Assembly (NCBI RefSeq): GCF_006345805.1
Contig: NC_043012.1
Coordinates: 10,044,001-10,108,000, forward strand
Origin: Octopus sinensis
Taxonomy: Eukaryota
DNA length: 64,000 nucleotides
Direction of reading: 5' to 3'
Below the pieces are notes generated by a model. It ran no database searches. It saw only the letters and a program-made list of their open reading frames with translations, and was not told the DNA's origin. Made by a program: the position numbers and the translations under genes. The stretch's first letter is position 1, and the number at the start of each line of letters is the position of its first letter. Below are positions 38,127 through 50,659 of this stretch, in pieces.

Positions 38127-39168
38127 TCACAGTACCTCACAGTACCTCATCATCTTCACTCTTTTGAGACCTTCTGTCATGATAGTGCGGCGTTAACCCC
38201 CATGCGGCTCAAAGTCCAACGATCGTTATTGTTCTAATATAGTATGCCACATATGTGAACACTTAATCTGACATCTTATTTTGTCTTGTCTATTCCATCT
38301 AGTTTTCACTAAACTATTAGCAATCCATCATCAATTTTGTTTCCTCATTCCTGTAATCATTTAGGTCAGTCATTGAAACTACATTTCTATGTGAAGCGGT
38401 ATGAAATATAGAATTGGATTTTGATGGTGTGCAACTCAGATATTTTAATAGACTTCAGCTTTCATCGATTTCCTTCTAACTTCGAGTTAATTTTTCTGTT
38501 AATGTGTTATCTAGCACTGCACAATTCTTCTTCCCCCATGCACTCAGCTTTTCACAAGGTAATGATGTGTCACTGCTGGGAAGGTGAGCATCTCCTTTGT
38601 GGTTGTTTGCTTCTTGTTTATCGCCTTATATAACTGAGGTCAGGGCGTATGTTTTGATCATCGAAGTGATGTAATTTTATCTGTGTGGTGTGTTAGTGTT
38701 GAATATTTTAACAGGTGAAACAGTGGAATGTTCCTGCTGGCTTTCAACATTACAAATTGATAGACAGAGTCAGGTAAACAATTCTTTAACAAATTCGTCC
38801 ACTGTACCTACAAGAAAGGAAAATATTTGCAGCTTTTTGAGTAGTATCTGCAAAAGGTCATAGTTTACAAAATTCTCTCTGAAGACAATCCGCAAGCATT
38901 TCTTTAGCCAATAAATAATAAAATAGAAATAGATAAGATAGATAACCTATAATCTAAAGAAAATTTATAAACTTTTGGAAACTGAATTTGAAAAGAAAAA
39001 TTAAAGTCGACTGGAGAAATAATTGCTCTTTAGAAATATAAAACTTACAAAAATATCTCCTCAAATATGGTAGTATATTAAACGAGACTGGAGGAGAAAG
39101 ATTCTTAAGCTGAAAATACTAGGATTCACAAATCACGACATATTAGTGGGTGGTGGTAGTCATTTATA

Positions 39169-39310
39169 TTTTACTTGCTTCGGTTAATATACTGCGACCA
39201 TGCTGTAGCACCCCTACGTGCTTATTATTATTTTTTTTGCAAGCCCCGATATTTATTCTTATCGATCTATTTTTGCTAAACCTTAAACATACAGGGACGT
39301 AAACACATTA
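39169..39310 (-). mobile_element. Degenerate family B 3' fragment
   Basis: TTACTTG.TTC.GT..TACTGCG.CCATGCTG.AGCACC...GGGACGTAAACAC. Confidence 0.65.
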
Positions 39311-39709
39311 CTACAAAATGTGTCGAGAGACACTTTCTTTCGTTCGTTCCCTTTCTCTCTCTCTATCTCTCTCTCTTCCTCTCTCTCTCTTTCTCTCTCT
39401 CGCTTAATATAATTAGAAGTAGCACTGGTGTTGTATACTTCATCGAACACACATACTCAATGTATGTGCTTTGTTTGAGTATGTGTTCTATAATGCATAA
39501 AACATACACGTATGCCGTTGGCGATTCCTTTTCCATCTTTGGGCATTTCCCTTGAACCCTTCTGTATAAGAGGTATGCACAAAGCATCAGACTCTATCCT
39601 TTCACGGAGCGTCAAGACAATATAATTCCTGCGCATGTCCTCCCGCTCGTTTTGTTTTCGTTTTATTTTTGTTTATTTGAATTGACTATATATATATATA
39701 CATATATAG

Positions 39710-39912
39710 AGGCGCAGGAGTGGCTGTGTGGAGGCGCAGGAGTGGCTGTGTGGAGGCGCAGGAGTGGCTGTGTGGTAAGTAGCTTGCTAACCAACCACAT
39801 GGTTGCGGGTTCAGTCCCACTGCGTGGCATCTTGGGCAAGTATCTTCTGCTATAGCCCCGGGCCGACCAATGAGTGGATTTGGTAGACGGAAACTGAAAG
39901 AAGCCTGTCGTA

Positions 39913-39961
<49 letters not shown>

Positions 39962-40170
39962 TGTGTGTCTGTGTTTGTCCCCCTAGCATTGCTTGACAAC
40001 CGATGCTGGTGTGTCTACGTCCCCGCCACTTAGCGGTTCGGCAAAGGAGACCGATAGAATAAGTACTGGGCTTACAAAGAATAAGTTCCGGGGTCGATTT
40101 GATCGACTAAAGGCGGTGCTCCAGCATGGCCGTAGTCAAATGGACTGAAACAAGTAAAAGAGTAAAAGAG
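39710..40170 (+). mobile_element. Full-length family B SINE with a triplicated 5' end
   Basis: AGGCGCAGGAGTGGCTGTGTGG x3 (39710-39775), then a normal body and tail. Inserted in (TA)n. Confidence 0.93.
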
Positions 40171-41284
40171 TATATATATATGTATGTATAATTATTATTA
40201 TTAGAATTATTAGGGAATATTACTTCCGAGTACACAGGAAAAAGACATTCAAATTAGATGTACTAAAATGAACATCTCTCAATGTTTAAGTCGTATATAT
40301 AAAAGTAATTTTAGAGACAGAACCACCTTCAACTCAATCAACCCTGAAATATATATATATAGACATACATACAAACATACAAACACACATACATACATAC
40401 ATACATACTTACATACATAGACACAGACACACACAGACACAGAGACACAGAGACACACACACACACACACACACATACATATATATTAATTATCAAATAT
40501 CTGTGTTACAAAGCCATCAAATATCATTGGAAATCCCGAAAGAATCTGATTACAGTATTTACAATAGTTTCAGAATAGCTTTTTATAATGCACTTTCTTT
40601 TCCAAAGTTAAACGAAAAACTGATTGAGGAATAACAATACATTTTTAGTGCAAGACAAATGCCTCATAACTGAAACAGTGTGTTTGAAAGTCTGGGGCGT
40701 CGGTTACCAGAGTCCATGTACACAGCTATCAATTTGCTTTTAATTATTTGATTTTTATTCCTCGGCTCTACATACTGACGTGTTGATGACATATAAACCG
40801 ATTTGTGATTATATCTCTCTAGTTATCAATGTTTAGGAAAGGCATACTAGCCGCCTGAAACTAAAATATTTAATCACAAATTTGATGCTACAATAGAAAT
40901 AACTATATATACAGGGAAGAGATATCTTGAAACTCTGAAGAACTGCTTATTGAAATCATTAATATTGTTCGTTCATCTGCTTTATCATCGTTCTTTAGAT
41001 ATTAGATTAGTTCACACAAGTCAGCTGTTTCGTACAATCGACGAGCATTCTTAAACGAATAGATCTTATTATTTAGTGCAATATAACTAGCATTATGTTA
41101 TTGGGCCACAAGTGTTCGGGATGACATTACATTTAGTGTGGGGATGTCGTTGTGAAAAAGAATTTAATTGTCCCGAATACTTTTATATTAACTAAATCTT
41201 CTGCAGATTTCTATTATCTTCGAGTGTATAAATGCTTTTGGACTTGAGTATTCCTTTGTCTAACTATATTCTGTTTAAGAATAT

Positions 41285-41605
41285 AGTTATGTTAAACTGC
41301 CACCATGCTGAGGCACTGATTTGAAGAGTTTTTTTGTCGAATGAATCAGCCCAGGACTTATTGATTCGTTTTCTTTTTTTCTTCCGCTTGTTACGTATTT
41401 ATGGTGATATAAACACGCTAACACCGGTTTTGCAGCAATGATAAGGAACAAGCGAACAAACACAAACACATACGCGCGCGCATAGATACATACAGCAGAC
41501 ATCTTTCAACTGTCGTGTACAAAATCCACTGGTCGGATTCTAAGGTGCCACGGAGTGGAACTGAATCCGAAACCATCTCTCTTACCACGCAACGAAGCGT
41601 GTGCT
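41285..41605 (-). mobile_element. Degenerate family B SINE
   Basis: CCATGCTGAGGCAC...CCAGGACTTATT...AAGGTGCCACGGAGTGGAACTGAA. Confidence 0.6.
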
Positions 41606-41613
41606 TATATATG

Positions 41614-41759
<146 letters not shown>

Positions 41760-41785
41760 TATATATATGTATATATATATAATAA

Positions 41786-42110
41786 TATTAGGGAGTAAAT
41801 CCAAACTTACAGGGAAAAATTAGATTTAGGATTAAATCCAATTTTATAGTATAAATATATTTTATATTAAATTAGAGATAAAACCACTATTAGGCAAATC
41901 AAACAGTGAAAATCATAAGCTAATACATAGAAAAAATTAATTAAAAAATATAAAATATAAAATATAAAAAATATAAAATATAAAATTCCAAATTAATTTG
42001 GAATTTTATATTTTATATTTTTTAATTATTTTTTCTATGTATTAGCTTATGATTTTCACTGTTTGATTTGCCTAATAGTGGTTTTATCTCTAATTTAATA
42101 TAAAATATAT
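41786..42110. repeat. (TA)n-flanked element with a ~255-bp near-perfect palindrome
   Basis: 41855-41994 is the reverse complement of 41995-42110, with no spacer (centre CCAAATT|AATTTGG). The left arm has about 24 extra nt of ATAAA-type repeat. Confidence 0.8.
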
Positions 42111-42111
42111 A

Positions 42112-42151
<40 letters not shown>

Positions 42152-42480
42152 CCACATGTATATGCATATACATATTCATACATTATTCCTACTATATGTG
42201 CGTATCTGCGTAAGGCTGTGACCATACATATATACAAACGATTGCACCGACACACGCACATACTCACACGCGCTCACGCACGCACACTCACGGGCATGTG
42301 ATAGTGTCATTGTGCGTAAAAATACTTTCGATGAAAATCCTTCCAAAGCCAGACTTCTGGGATATCTTCTAAGAATTAAATGTCAGCTACTATTTGCACT
42401 GACAATGCTTATCTTTATAGCAAACCAAGTGATAATGATCACAATAGTAATAGGAAGGAATGTATTTTTATTAACGTAAG

Positions 42481-42743
42481 CTTATTTACATTATTTACAT
42501 TATTTACATTCGATGGTTATTTCTCCTCATCATCTTTGTTGTTAACACAGCGTTTCAGCTGATATACCCTCCACTTCAATTCCTTGATTGGGATAATTTC
42601 GAACCTGTGTTCTCATTCCTTAGGTATTTTCCACTGTTATTATCATTATTATTATTGTTAATGTTCAGGTCCGTACTTAGAATCGAACTCGGAATCTTGG
42701 AGTTAGTAGCCCGCGCTCTTAACCACTACGCCACATGCCGGTG
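42481..42743 (-). mobile_element. SINE family F (tRNA-like head, (AATGTAAAT)3 tail)
   Basis: Minus strand TGGCGTAGTGGTTAAGAGCGCGGGCTACTAAC..GAGTTCGATTC; tandem 9-nt tail at 42481-42510. Confidence 0.75.
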
Positions 42744-42879
42744 GAGTGAATTTCAGGGCTTATAAATCTAATATTTTTCTATCCTTCCTTAATACCGGTT
42801 CCCATATGCTGTTCATATCTGCACTCGGTCTGCTTAGGAGGTTGTTGTGTCCTAGCATATGTGCTGCTTCTTTTAGTTT

Positions 42880-43383
42880 TCGTAATTGCCGAATGTCTTT
42901 GCACAAATACTTCAAATACTTCACCGCATATTTCTCGATTTACAGCCTGTTTCCTGGGCGATAAATTTTCGATGCACAGTACCACATTCCCGAGTGTGAA
43001 GCTCGTGATACGGCTTCCATATTCCTCTTCATGTTCCAGCGACGTACTTTAAGTTTTGAAGCACTCGTGCCACTAACATTGTGCACGACCCACTTCTCCG
43101 TCTCCATAAGCTTGCTAAACCGTGCTCAATGTCCTTGTAGCAGAATTCCCAAGTTTCACGTTAACCTATTTGCACCAACTACGTGTGGATAACAAAATCG
43201 CACACAATAGCATACGTGCGATCACAAAAACTCACATTTCGCAAGTTGCGAAGTAAATAGAGCGATGATGACAGTCGATAGACTGCTTCATGAACGTCAC
43301 TGCTAGATCTTATTGCGCTCGCAGCCGTGTGCAACTATCTGATGGCGCGTTACGAAATTAGTCCGGGAACGTTTTGACTCGTC
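42880..43383 (-). mobile_element. Internally deleted mariner of the same family as 19311-20603
   Basis: 5' region shares TCAAAACGTTCCCGGACTA, CTAGCAGTGAC.TTCATGAAGCAGT and TTTACTTCGCAACTTG with the 19.3-kb copy. Translation LGNSATRTLSTV*QAYGDG; the HTH region is joined to a catalytic-domain piece. Confidence 0.8.
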
Positions 43384-43454
43384 GGTTCCAAACCGTGCCA
43401 AATGCATTTCCATTTCTCTATTTACCCTATGATAAATATTCATTTCTACTCAAC

Positions 43455-43765
43455 GCACAAGGCCCGACATTTTTGGAGAAGTGGAGGCTAATCTATAAGA
43501 TCGACCCCAGTACGGAATTTGAACTCAGAACGTAAAGACAGAAGAAATACCTATTTCTTTACTACCCACAAGGGACTAAACACAGAGAGGACAAACTAGG
43601 ACAGACAAACGGATTAAGTCGATTATATCGACCCCAGTGCGTAACTGGTACTTATTCAAACGATCCCGAAAGGATGGAAGGCAAAGTCGACATCGGCGGC
43701 ATTTGAACTCAGAACGTAACGGCAGACGAAATACGGCTATGCATTTCGCCCGGCGTGCCAACTCG
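43455..43765 (-). mobile_element. Family A SINE dimer/chimera
   Basis: A young-type copy (43547-43765) whose tail GAAATAGGTATTTC runs directly into a second, partial family A body with an older-type tail. Confidence 0.8.
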
Positions 43766-44225
43766 GTGCCTTTGAACAAAAGGAAACCTATTTGAATATT
43801 TGCCACATTGAGAAACAAATTACAAGCTTGGTTGAACAACTGGTACTGTATATCTAAATATATCTCCATGTAAGTTATAACATATACTTTCTTGCAAGGA
43901 ATCACAGGCAGACTCATATACATAAAACATACAAATGCTTGCATACACACAAACACATATGCATCTATACAGAATTATATTTTCGCACATATATTTATAA
44001 ACATATATGCACACACATAAATATCTCTCACTATCTCTCGGGTGTATGAATGTATGTATGTGTATATATATATATCCATGCATGTACGTATATATGTATA
44101 TGTATCATTGTATATAGGTAAGTGTGTATACTTCTGACTTTTCCAAACCTTTTATTTACTCCTACAATAATTCACAGCGGCATGTTATGTTGGCACTCCA
44201 TATATATACACATATATATATATAC

Positions 44226-44335
<110 letters not shown>

Positions 44336-44514
44336 CACAAGTATATACACAAGTATATACTACAGCATGCGGTCCACGGTTCACTCTAGGTTCGGGATCC
44401 AACACAGTGAAGGTCCTGAGTGTGATGTAACATAAGAAAATATACAAAAATGGGCTGAGATTCACCACACCTATTTCAGGCGTTTTTTTTTTCTGTTCAT
44501 GAACAAAACAATTA

Positions 44515-44545
44515 TTGGGTTGGTGCATAATTATTGCGGCACTTT
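44515..44545 (+). mobile_element. Solo mariner-type TIR (Hsmar1/MADE1-like sequence)
   Basis: TA|TTGGGTTGGTGCATAATTATTGCGG resembles the TTAGGTTGGTGCAAAAGTAATTGCGG mariner TIR. No partner TIR seen. Confidence 0.5.
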
Positions 44546-44624
44546 TTTTCAACAAATTTTATTCAGCAAAAACAATAACAATATTTAACAGATTATCAGG
44601 TCTCCAAGATTATTGCCGAGACCG

Positions 44625-44773
44625 TAGTGTCACGCTGAATATCCCCGAGAACTACGTTAAGGGTACACGTGTCTGTGGAGTGCTCAGCCACTTACATGTT
44701 AATTTCACGAGCAGGCTGTTCCGTTGATTCGGATCAACCGTAACCCTCGTCGTCGTAACCGACGGAGTGCTTC
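44625..44773 (+). mobile_element. Family D SINE 3' half
   Basis: GTGTCACGCTGAAT..GTTAAGGGTACACGTGTCTGTGGAGTGCTCAGCCAC..GTAACCGACGGAGTGC. Confidence 0.8.
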
Positions 44774-45850
44774 CCCATTCAGTGCTTCAACGTATTTTCT
44801 TTATATGCTGTGTTGGAATAACCTCGAGGTCAGGGATCATTAAGCATTGTATAAGGTAAGTATTGAAATCAATAGTATTGACAGACAAATTTTCTGTCCT
44901 TGTCCCTAAACCGCAAACAATTGTTTTTATAGCTGTTTCTTTTTACAGAATTATAAATAATATCATTAATTTTTCCGTTTTATCATGCCAACTAATGCCT
45001 TTTTTTAGTGTGTAAAGCACAATTTTATTGTGGCACCTGTTGTGGGAAGTGCGATATTTATTGTTAAGACTAATGGACGTTTAGGAATTTCAATTTTGGT
45101 TATAAATTTCTAAAATACATTAGCCATTAGAATTTTATGTGGCAACTTTCAGAGGTTTTTCCATTTTTAATTTTATATTTATAGTATATTCGTGGTGACA
45201 TTTAAATTTCTTTTATGCATTTTGTATTTTTTACCATAGAATTAATAACTGAGGAATTTTTGCAATGATATATAATCATATTTTCAATAACCAGGTTAAT
45301 TTTAGCTGATATAGTAATATCCGTAATGTGTGGTTCGCGTTATTTACAGTCGTGACCGATGGAAATAAATATTTTTAGACAGATTATCTACATATAAAAT
45401 TAGACTTCCTATAATAGCTACAAAGATTTAAATAAAATATTCAACTCATTTTCAGTATTGTATTGTCGTAACAGTCTCCATAAATTGAGAATATATGGTT
45501 ATCTTTTAAAATTATTTGTAAAATATAAAAGTTTGTACAACTTGTTGAGCTTGGTAATCGAATCAAATACAAAGATGCTATGTGTCAAATACAAAGATAC
45601 TATGTGTCACCAGCAGTATATTTGGACAATGGTGCCTGAAGATGATATATAGAATGGTTAACATGTAACAAAATATAAGTAGTATTTCTGGAAACATCTA
45701 TTTTAGGTTATTTTTAAATCAAAATGCATAGAACTGTAAATGTTGATAAGAAAACACAAACACACGTCCACAATGTCATATGCACATTTACACCCCCCTC
45801 TCACACACTTGTACAACTGTGTGTGCATGAATATATATATATATATATAT

Positions 45851-46219
45851 ATCGTTGATATTATGCAAAACTGTCGTAAGTCCAAAACTTTGCTTTTTCA
45901 CAAAGCGAAAAAATAGTTTCACCTTTCCATTTCTCTTTACATTAGCAATACTTTCAGCTTAAAAATAATACTTTGTAACCCCATGCATGTGTGATATTTT
46001 CACTCAGAAATATTTTTGCACATCTGTCGTAAGTGGGACATTTGGAAAATGCTTAAACGTTGAACTACACTTTGACAGTTTTCATATTTTGGCATCTGAA
46101 ATAGCTGGAGATACGATAGTTTTACCAAAAGAACTGGCTATTATAAGCAAAATTAAATATTGAGAAAACCGCATTTGACTAAATTTGGACATACGACAGT
46201 TGAACATAATAGCAACGAT
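45851..46219. mobile_element. ~370-bp non-autonomous TIR element inserted in (TA)n
   Basis: 36-bp TIRs at 45851-45886 and 46184-46219 (31/36 match). Internal subterminal CTGTCGTAAGT repeat near 46025. Confidence 0.75.
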
Positions 46220-46729
46220 ATATATATTCTTATGCATGTATATGTGTATGTGTATGTAAATTTGTGTGTTTGTGTGTCTGTGTGTGTGTGTGTGTGTGTG
46301 TGCGTGCTTGTATACTTATTCATAGACATACGCATAGTCTTATGGTGTCATTCAGGCATTCGATCAATTTAACAGCAGGAGTACAGGCCACAAACGCACA
46401 GTGGTTTAGTTCAAATTACTTGCTCTTTGCAAGCAAGCAGGTGCCCACACACACACGCATACACACAAAAACACACACACACACAAAGACACATGCACAA
46501 TCATACGTATAAAGAATCTCAATTTTTGTGGAAGGCACTGAATTTTATTCCTGAAATTTATTAGACATGGGTTAATAGACTTACTTTTCTCTCATGTAAA
46601 CACATGTATCAATGGTGAGCGGGGGGAGAGTTGAGGATTTAGTGAACTGTTGACATATATAAAACAACAGCAGCCAAAGAAATTACTTGAGAATAAGAAT
46701 TTGAAATATAAAAGTTTGGAGTTGTTTAC

Positions 46730-47464
46730 CTTTCTTTTCGAGGCTGCCATTCTTTCATCCCGATTCCTTACTGCTTCTCCAGGAGGGCTTTTGATCCAAA
46801 CAATATATCCAATCCGAGCGTATGTGAAAATAAGTACTATAAGTGGTATAAAATACTGCAGAAACATGATGACCATACTGTAGCTCTGGCGTTGGTAATC
46901 ATGCTCCCAGATTTCTTGGCACAGACCATTGAAGGCGTCTGATTCATTCCCATCTGAGTTTTCGTTTAGAACACGTGATACAATTGCCGTAGGTAAGGGA
47001 GCAGCCATCGCTAAAACCCATGTGACGGCTATGATTTTCACCGCTTGTGTATTGGTCAGCTTCGGTCGAAGAGGATGGAGGACAGCTACATAACGGTCCA
47101 TGCTCATTGCCACTAGAGTGAATGCACTGAGAAACACTGATACAGCCTGGATATAAGTGACAACTGGACACATGACGTTTCCAAAAGGCCAATAGTTGAG
47201 CATGACAGTAGAAACAAAAGTGAGAGGGATGCAAAGTATCGCCATAAGAATGTCACTGATCGCCAAATTTAGTAGAAAAAGGTTCGTCGCAGTCCTCATC
47301 CGTTGGCATATCAGAATAATGTGACAGACCAGCACGTTACCTCCAACGGCAACCAACACCACCAACCCATAGACTAATACAAATATCATTTGCACGTACA
47401 TTGGTGGTGGTTTGTATTCGAGTTCAGTTATGTTGGAGTTGCTGAAGTTGAATTGTTCATCCAT
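46730..47464 (-). CDS. RYa-R: First coding exon (TM1-TM5 plus IL3) of a rhodopsin-class neuropeptide GPCR, RYamide/luqin (NPY-receptor-like) type
   Basis: ATG at 47464. N-terminal N-glycosylation sequons, TM1 GGNVLV, TM2 NLAISD, WPFG loop, DRY (MSMDRYVAVLHPL), TM5 LQYFIPL, and IL3 WIKSPPGEAVRNRDERMAASKRK, which resembles the IL3 of RYamide/luqin receptors. After SKRK comes AAG|GTAAAC, a phase-0 donor (735 bp = 245 codons). The track ORF to 46592 is intronic read-through. Confidence 0.88.
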
Positions 47465-48471
47465 TTTAAGAAGTTTTCTTAAATAAATATTTACAATATT
47501 TTAATAGAAATTGATGCTGCCTATTGTCTTCTACGCCGAATATTCTGCTGTTCTCTGTTTCCAAAATCTTCACTCTTCAAATATTATTTCACATATTACT
47601 ACTCCAAATGCCTATCATAAATGAATATAATTAGCACTTATTTTTGCTTCTTCTTTAATATCGCTTCATCTACCGTCATCTTCCATATCATTCTCCTACT
47701 CGTCATCATCTTTATTAATTGTGGTCTTATACTCTCTTTCAATTCAGTATCCCTGACGACTATGTTTAATTCAGATGTCCAATAAGAATTCAATCTCGAA
47801 ATGTTGTAAGATTTATAATGAAGGTGACTAGAAGCATACTTGAATATCAAAATATGTGTGCTGGGAAAATGGAGGAATATCTTCCAGATGAAATATCTGA
47901 AATGAAATGGAGAACGTATTATGGCAAAATATAAGAACAATTATTTTGTGATCTAATGTGTATTAAAAGTATCTTAACGATAGACCGACATACTTCACAG
48001 ACGAATAAATAAACAATTATGAGGATTAACAGAAGTATGCCTATGTTATGATAAAAAATAAAAAGTGGAAACAAATAAAAGACAACTTTTAAAAAAATCA
48101 TTGCAAAAGCAATGCAAAGTATGATGGATGTTACTTTAAGAGATGTGCAGAAGCGTCAGTGCAGCAATGGAAGGCGTTTCGGAGGCTGATCTTTCCACAC
48201 TTTATTCCTTGCATTGCCTTAATATTTCCTTATCCATACTTCTCTATGTATCTCATTCTATATCACAGAAAAATAGATCATTCATACATCAAATTATAGG
48301 GATGAACGTTTGCAGAAACATCTAATCGATAGATTCATAAATTCATATTAAGATGTCAACAGTGACTCTAATAAGAACTGTCATCTTTTTACACTGCATA
48401 TACGAACATTGGGTAAGTGTATATATATATATGTATGTGTGTGTGTGTGTGTGTGTGGGCATACATATACT

Positions 48472-48539
<68 letters not shown>

Positions 48540-48665
48540 GTATATACATATACATATATTCATATATATATATATGTGTATGTGTATATATAAATGTGTA
48601 TATATATATGTATATATATATATACATATTCATATATTTGATACTATGTATGTATGTGTACATGT

Positions 48666-48830
48666 AGAGGCGCGTGGTACTTTTGGCGTTTTGCACTTAC
48701 GATTGAAAGGTTGTGGTTTCGATTTCTGCGACGAGTGATAAGTTTCCTTCTTGAACAAGACCTTTCATTTCGTACTCGTTACTCCAGAACACTCAGTGGG
48801 CGGGTGTAGGTAATCCTGCTTGAACCGGCG
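48666..48830 (+). mobile_element. Degenerate tRNA-headed SINE (family D-like)
   Basis: GAGGCGCGTGG head, GGTTTCGATT B-box, CTTGAACAAGAC..TTCATTTC..CTCCAG. Confidence 0.55.
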
Positions 48831-48923
48831 TCCCTTCTAAGGGAGGTTGGGGAATATATATGCTCCAGAATAGGGAAACTAGTCTTAAAAGCCCAAGGTA
48901 CGAAAAAGAACTGTACATTCTTT

Positions 48924-48988
<65 letters not shown>

Positions 48989-49189
48989 CGTGTGTGAGCA
49001 TACATGATCTTGCAGATAAACTGAGACAATGTTTACGATGCATAAAACTGGTTATAAATACTGAAATAATGTTAGCAGACAGATATAATTTTAACGTAAC
49101 ATTAATTACAACAAAATATATGGCCGCCCATTTGAGCCATTACTGCCTCCACACAAGATACTCAGTCTTCCAAAAATTGACCAACTTGT

Positions 49190-49623
49190 TGATATGAATG
49201 GTGTGTTCTGGAACTCGCACCAACGAATTTTGAGCGACGAATTGTGAAAGGATACGGTTACAGCAACATTTGTGTCTCGCTTGCTTACGGAAGGTCAAAA
49301 GCAGTCATGGCTGAATGCGTACCGTGAATTTCAAGGACAGTTGGAATTTGATCCAGAACTCTTTTCGAAGTAGGTCATCACTGGAGACGAAAAGTGGTGC
49401 TATGGTATTTGCAGATGTGGAAGCGGGGAAGAAGAAAAATGATAGAGGCATTAAAAGCATCACTTTGCAAGAGTTCCAGCACTGTTTCGAATATGGGGAA
49501 GCGCGCCTAAACCTATGTATTGTTTCAAATGGATAATAGTCTCAAGGTGACAAAGCGTAAACATGTCAAACTAATTGAATAAAATAATATTGCAAAATTC
49601 AGTGTTCTTGTGGGAACCCCTTC
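49190..49623 (+). mobile_element. Mariner remnant (internal deletion) with a 3' TIR-like end
   Basis: QRILSDEL..TATFVSRLLTEGQK...VITGDEKWCYG, then ITLQEFQHCFE..LCIVSNG. Ends GAACCCCTTCG|TA. Confidence 0.75.
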
Positions 49624-49908
49624 GTATATACAATAGGTGTGAATTTTCTATGAGAAATCCTTCATAATGAATCCCTGAAAGGGACGAAAACGTTAAATAA
49701 ATTGCTTTTCTCCAAATTCTGACTATCTTTTTTAAATACATAAATTCTATATACAACTTCAAATAATCTATACATATCTATATACGTACACATAAACACA
49801 CATACACACACAGATACACACACACATATATATATATATATGTATGTTTGATACAACATGGACTGTGCGCACCTAAGAACGTCTGCTGTTTTAAGAAATT
49901 ATAGATAA

Positions 49909-50209
49909 CTAGCAGTATCGCTCGACGTTGTTCGGGTTTGTAAGGGAAATAACTATATAAGCATTTTTAGAGAGTCACTTCCCTTATATAATAGCAAAAA
50001 ATTGCATTAAAAATGGAAAAAAATGCTGGTAATTTTTTTTTTAATCGTAGACTCATCGTAGACGCGCGCTAATACCCAGAAGGGCTCGATATGAATCACG
50101 ACTATAAGATACCCGAATTTGGTTAAACTGCACCGCAAAATGTGGGAGTAGTTAGGAATCTAAATCGTAGGAGACAGACACCGCACATCTTCAGCTTTAT
50201 ATATATAGA
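49909..50209 (-). mobile_element. 301-bp non-autonomous Helitron
   Basis: Minus strand reads A|TCTATATATATAAAGCTG ... CCCGAACAACGTCGAGCGATACTGCTAG|T: TC start, CTAG end, A|T target, no TSD. Confidence 0.75.
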
Positions 50210-50659
50210 TTAGATTATAGCTTCTAATTCAAGAAATTGATGTCGTTTTTCTTTACGTATTCGTAATTGTAGAAAAATACACAATGGATTAGACTGAATT
50301 GTAAAATTTAATAAAGATGCATGAACGAGGAGATATCGAATAATTTTCTATTTCTGTAATGGACGCTGTTTGTGACCTTAATGTCCTGCGTCTTTTCCCT
50401 TTATGTACAAGAAACAGTCCATCGCAATCGGTTAGCATATCTATAAGGAAAATAATTCTTTCGGATATTATCTTTTCTTTTCTTTTTTTTTTGTTTTATT
50501 TTTGCAAGTTATTTGTATCTGTAGAAATCGACGTAGGCCAAGGAAATTAAACTTCTTCCGGATTTCATTTAGGACACAATGAGAGTCTTTAGGCGAGATT
50601 CTTATAATAATTCTGCTAGTTACCGCGTTCCTTAACCCGTCGGTAACGCTTTCACGGGA

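Noticed and set aside
46592-46729. C-terminal 45 aa of the 290-aa GPCR ORF
   Set aside because: Lies after a consensus GT donor, is not TM6-like, and is intronic read-through.
47638-47940. ORF containing LIKMM, resembling the start of GPCR TM6
   Set aside because: Lies upstream of the ATG, so the order is wrong, and it has no hydrophobic helix. Coincidental.
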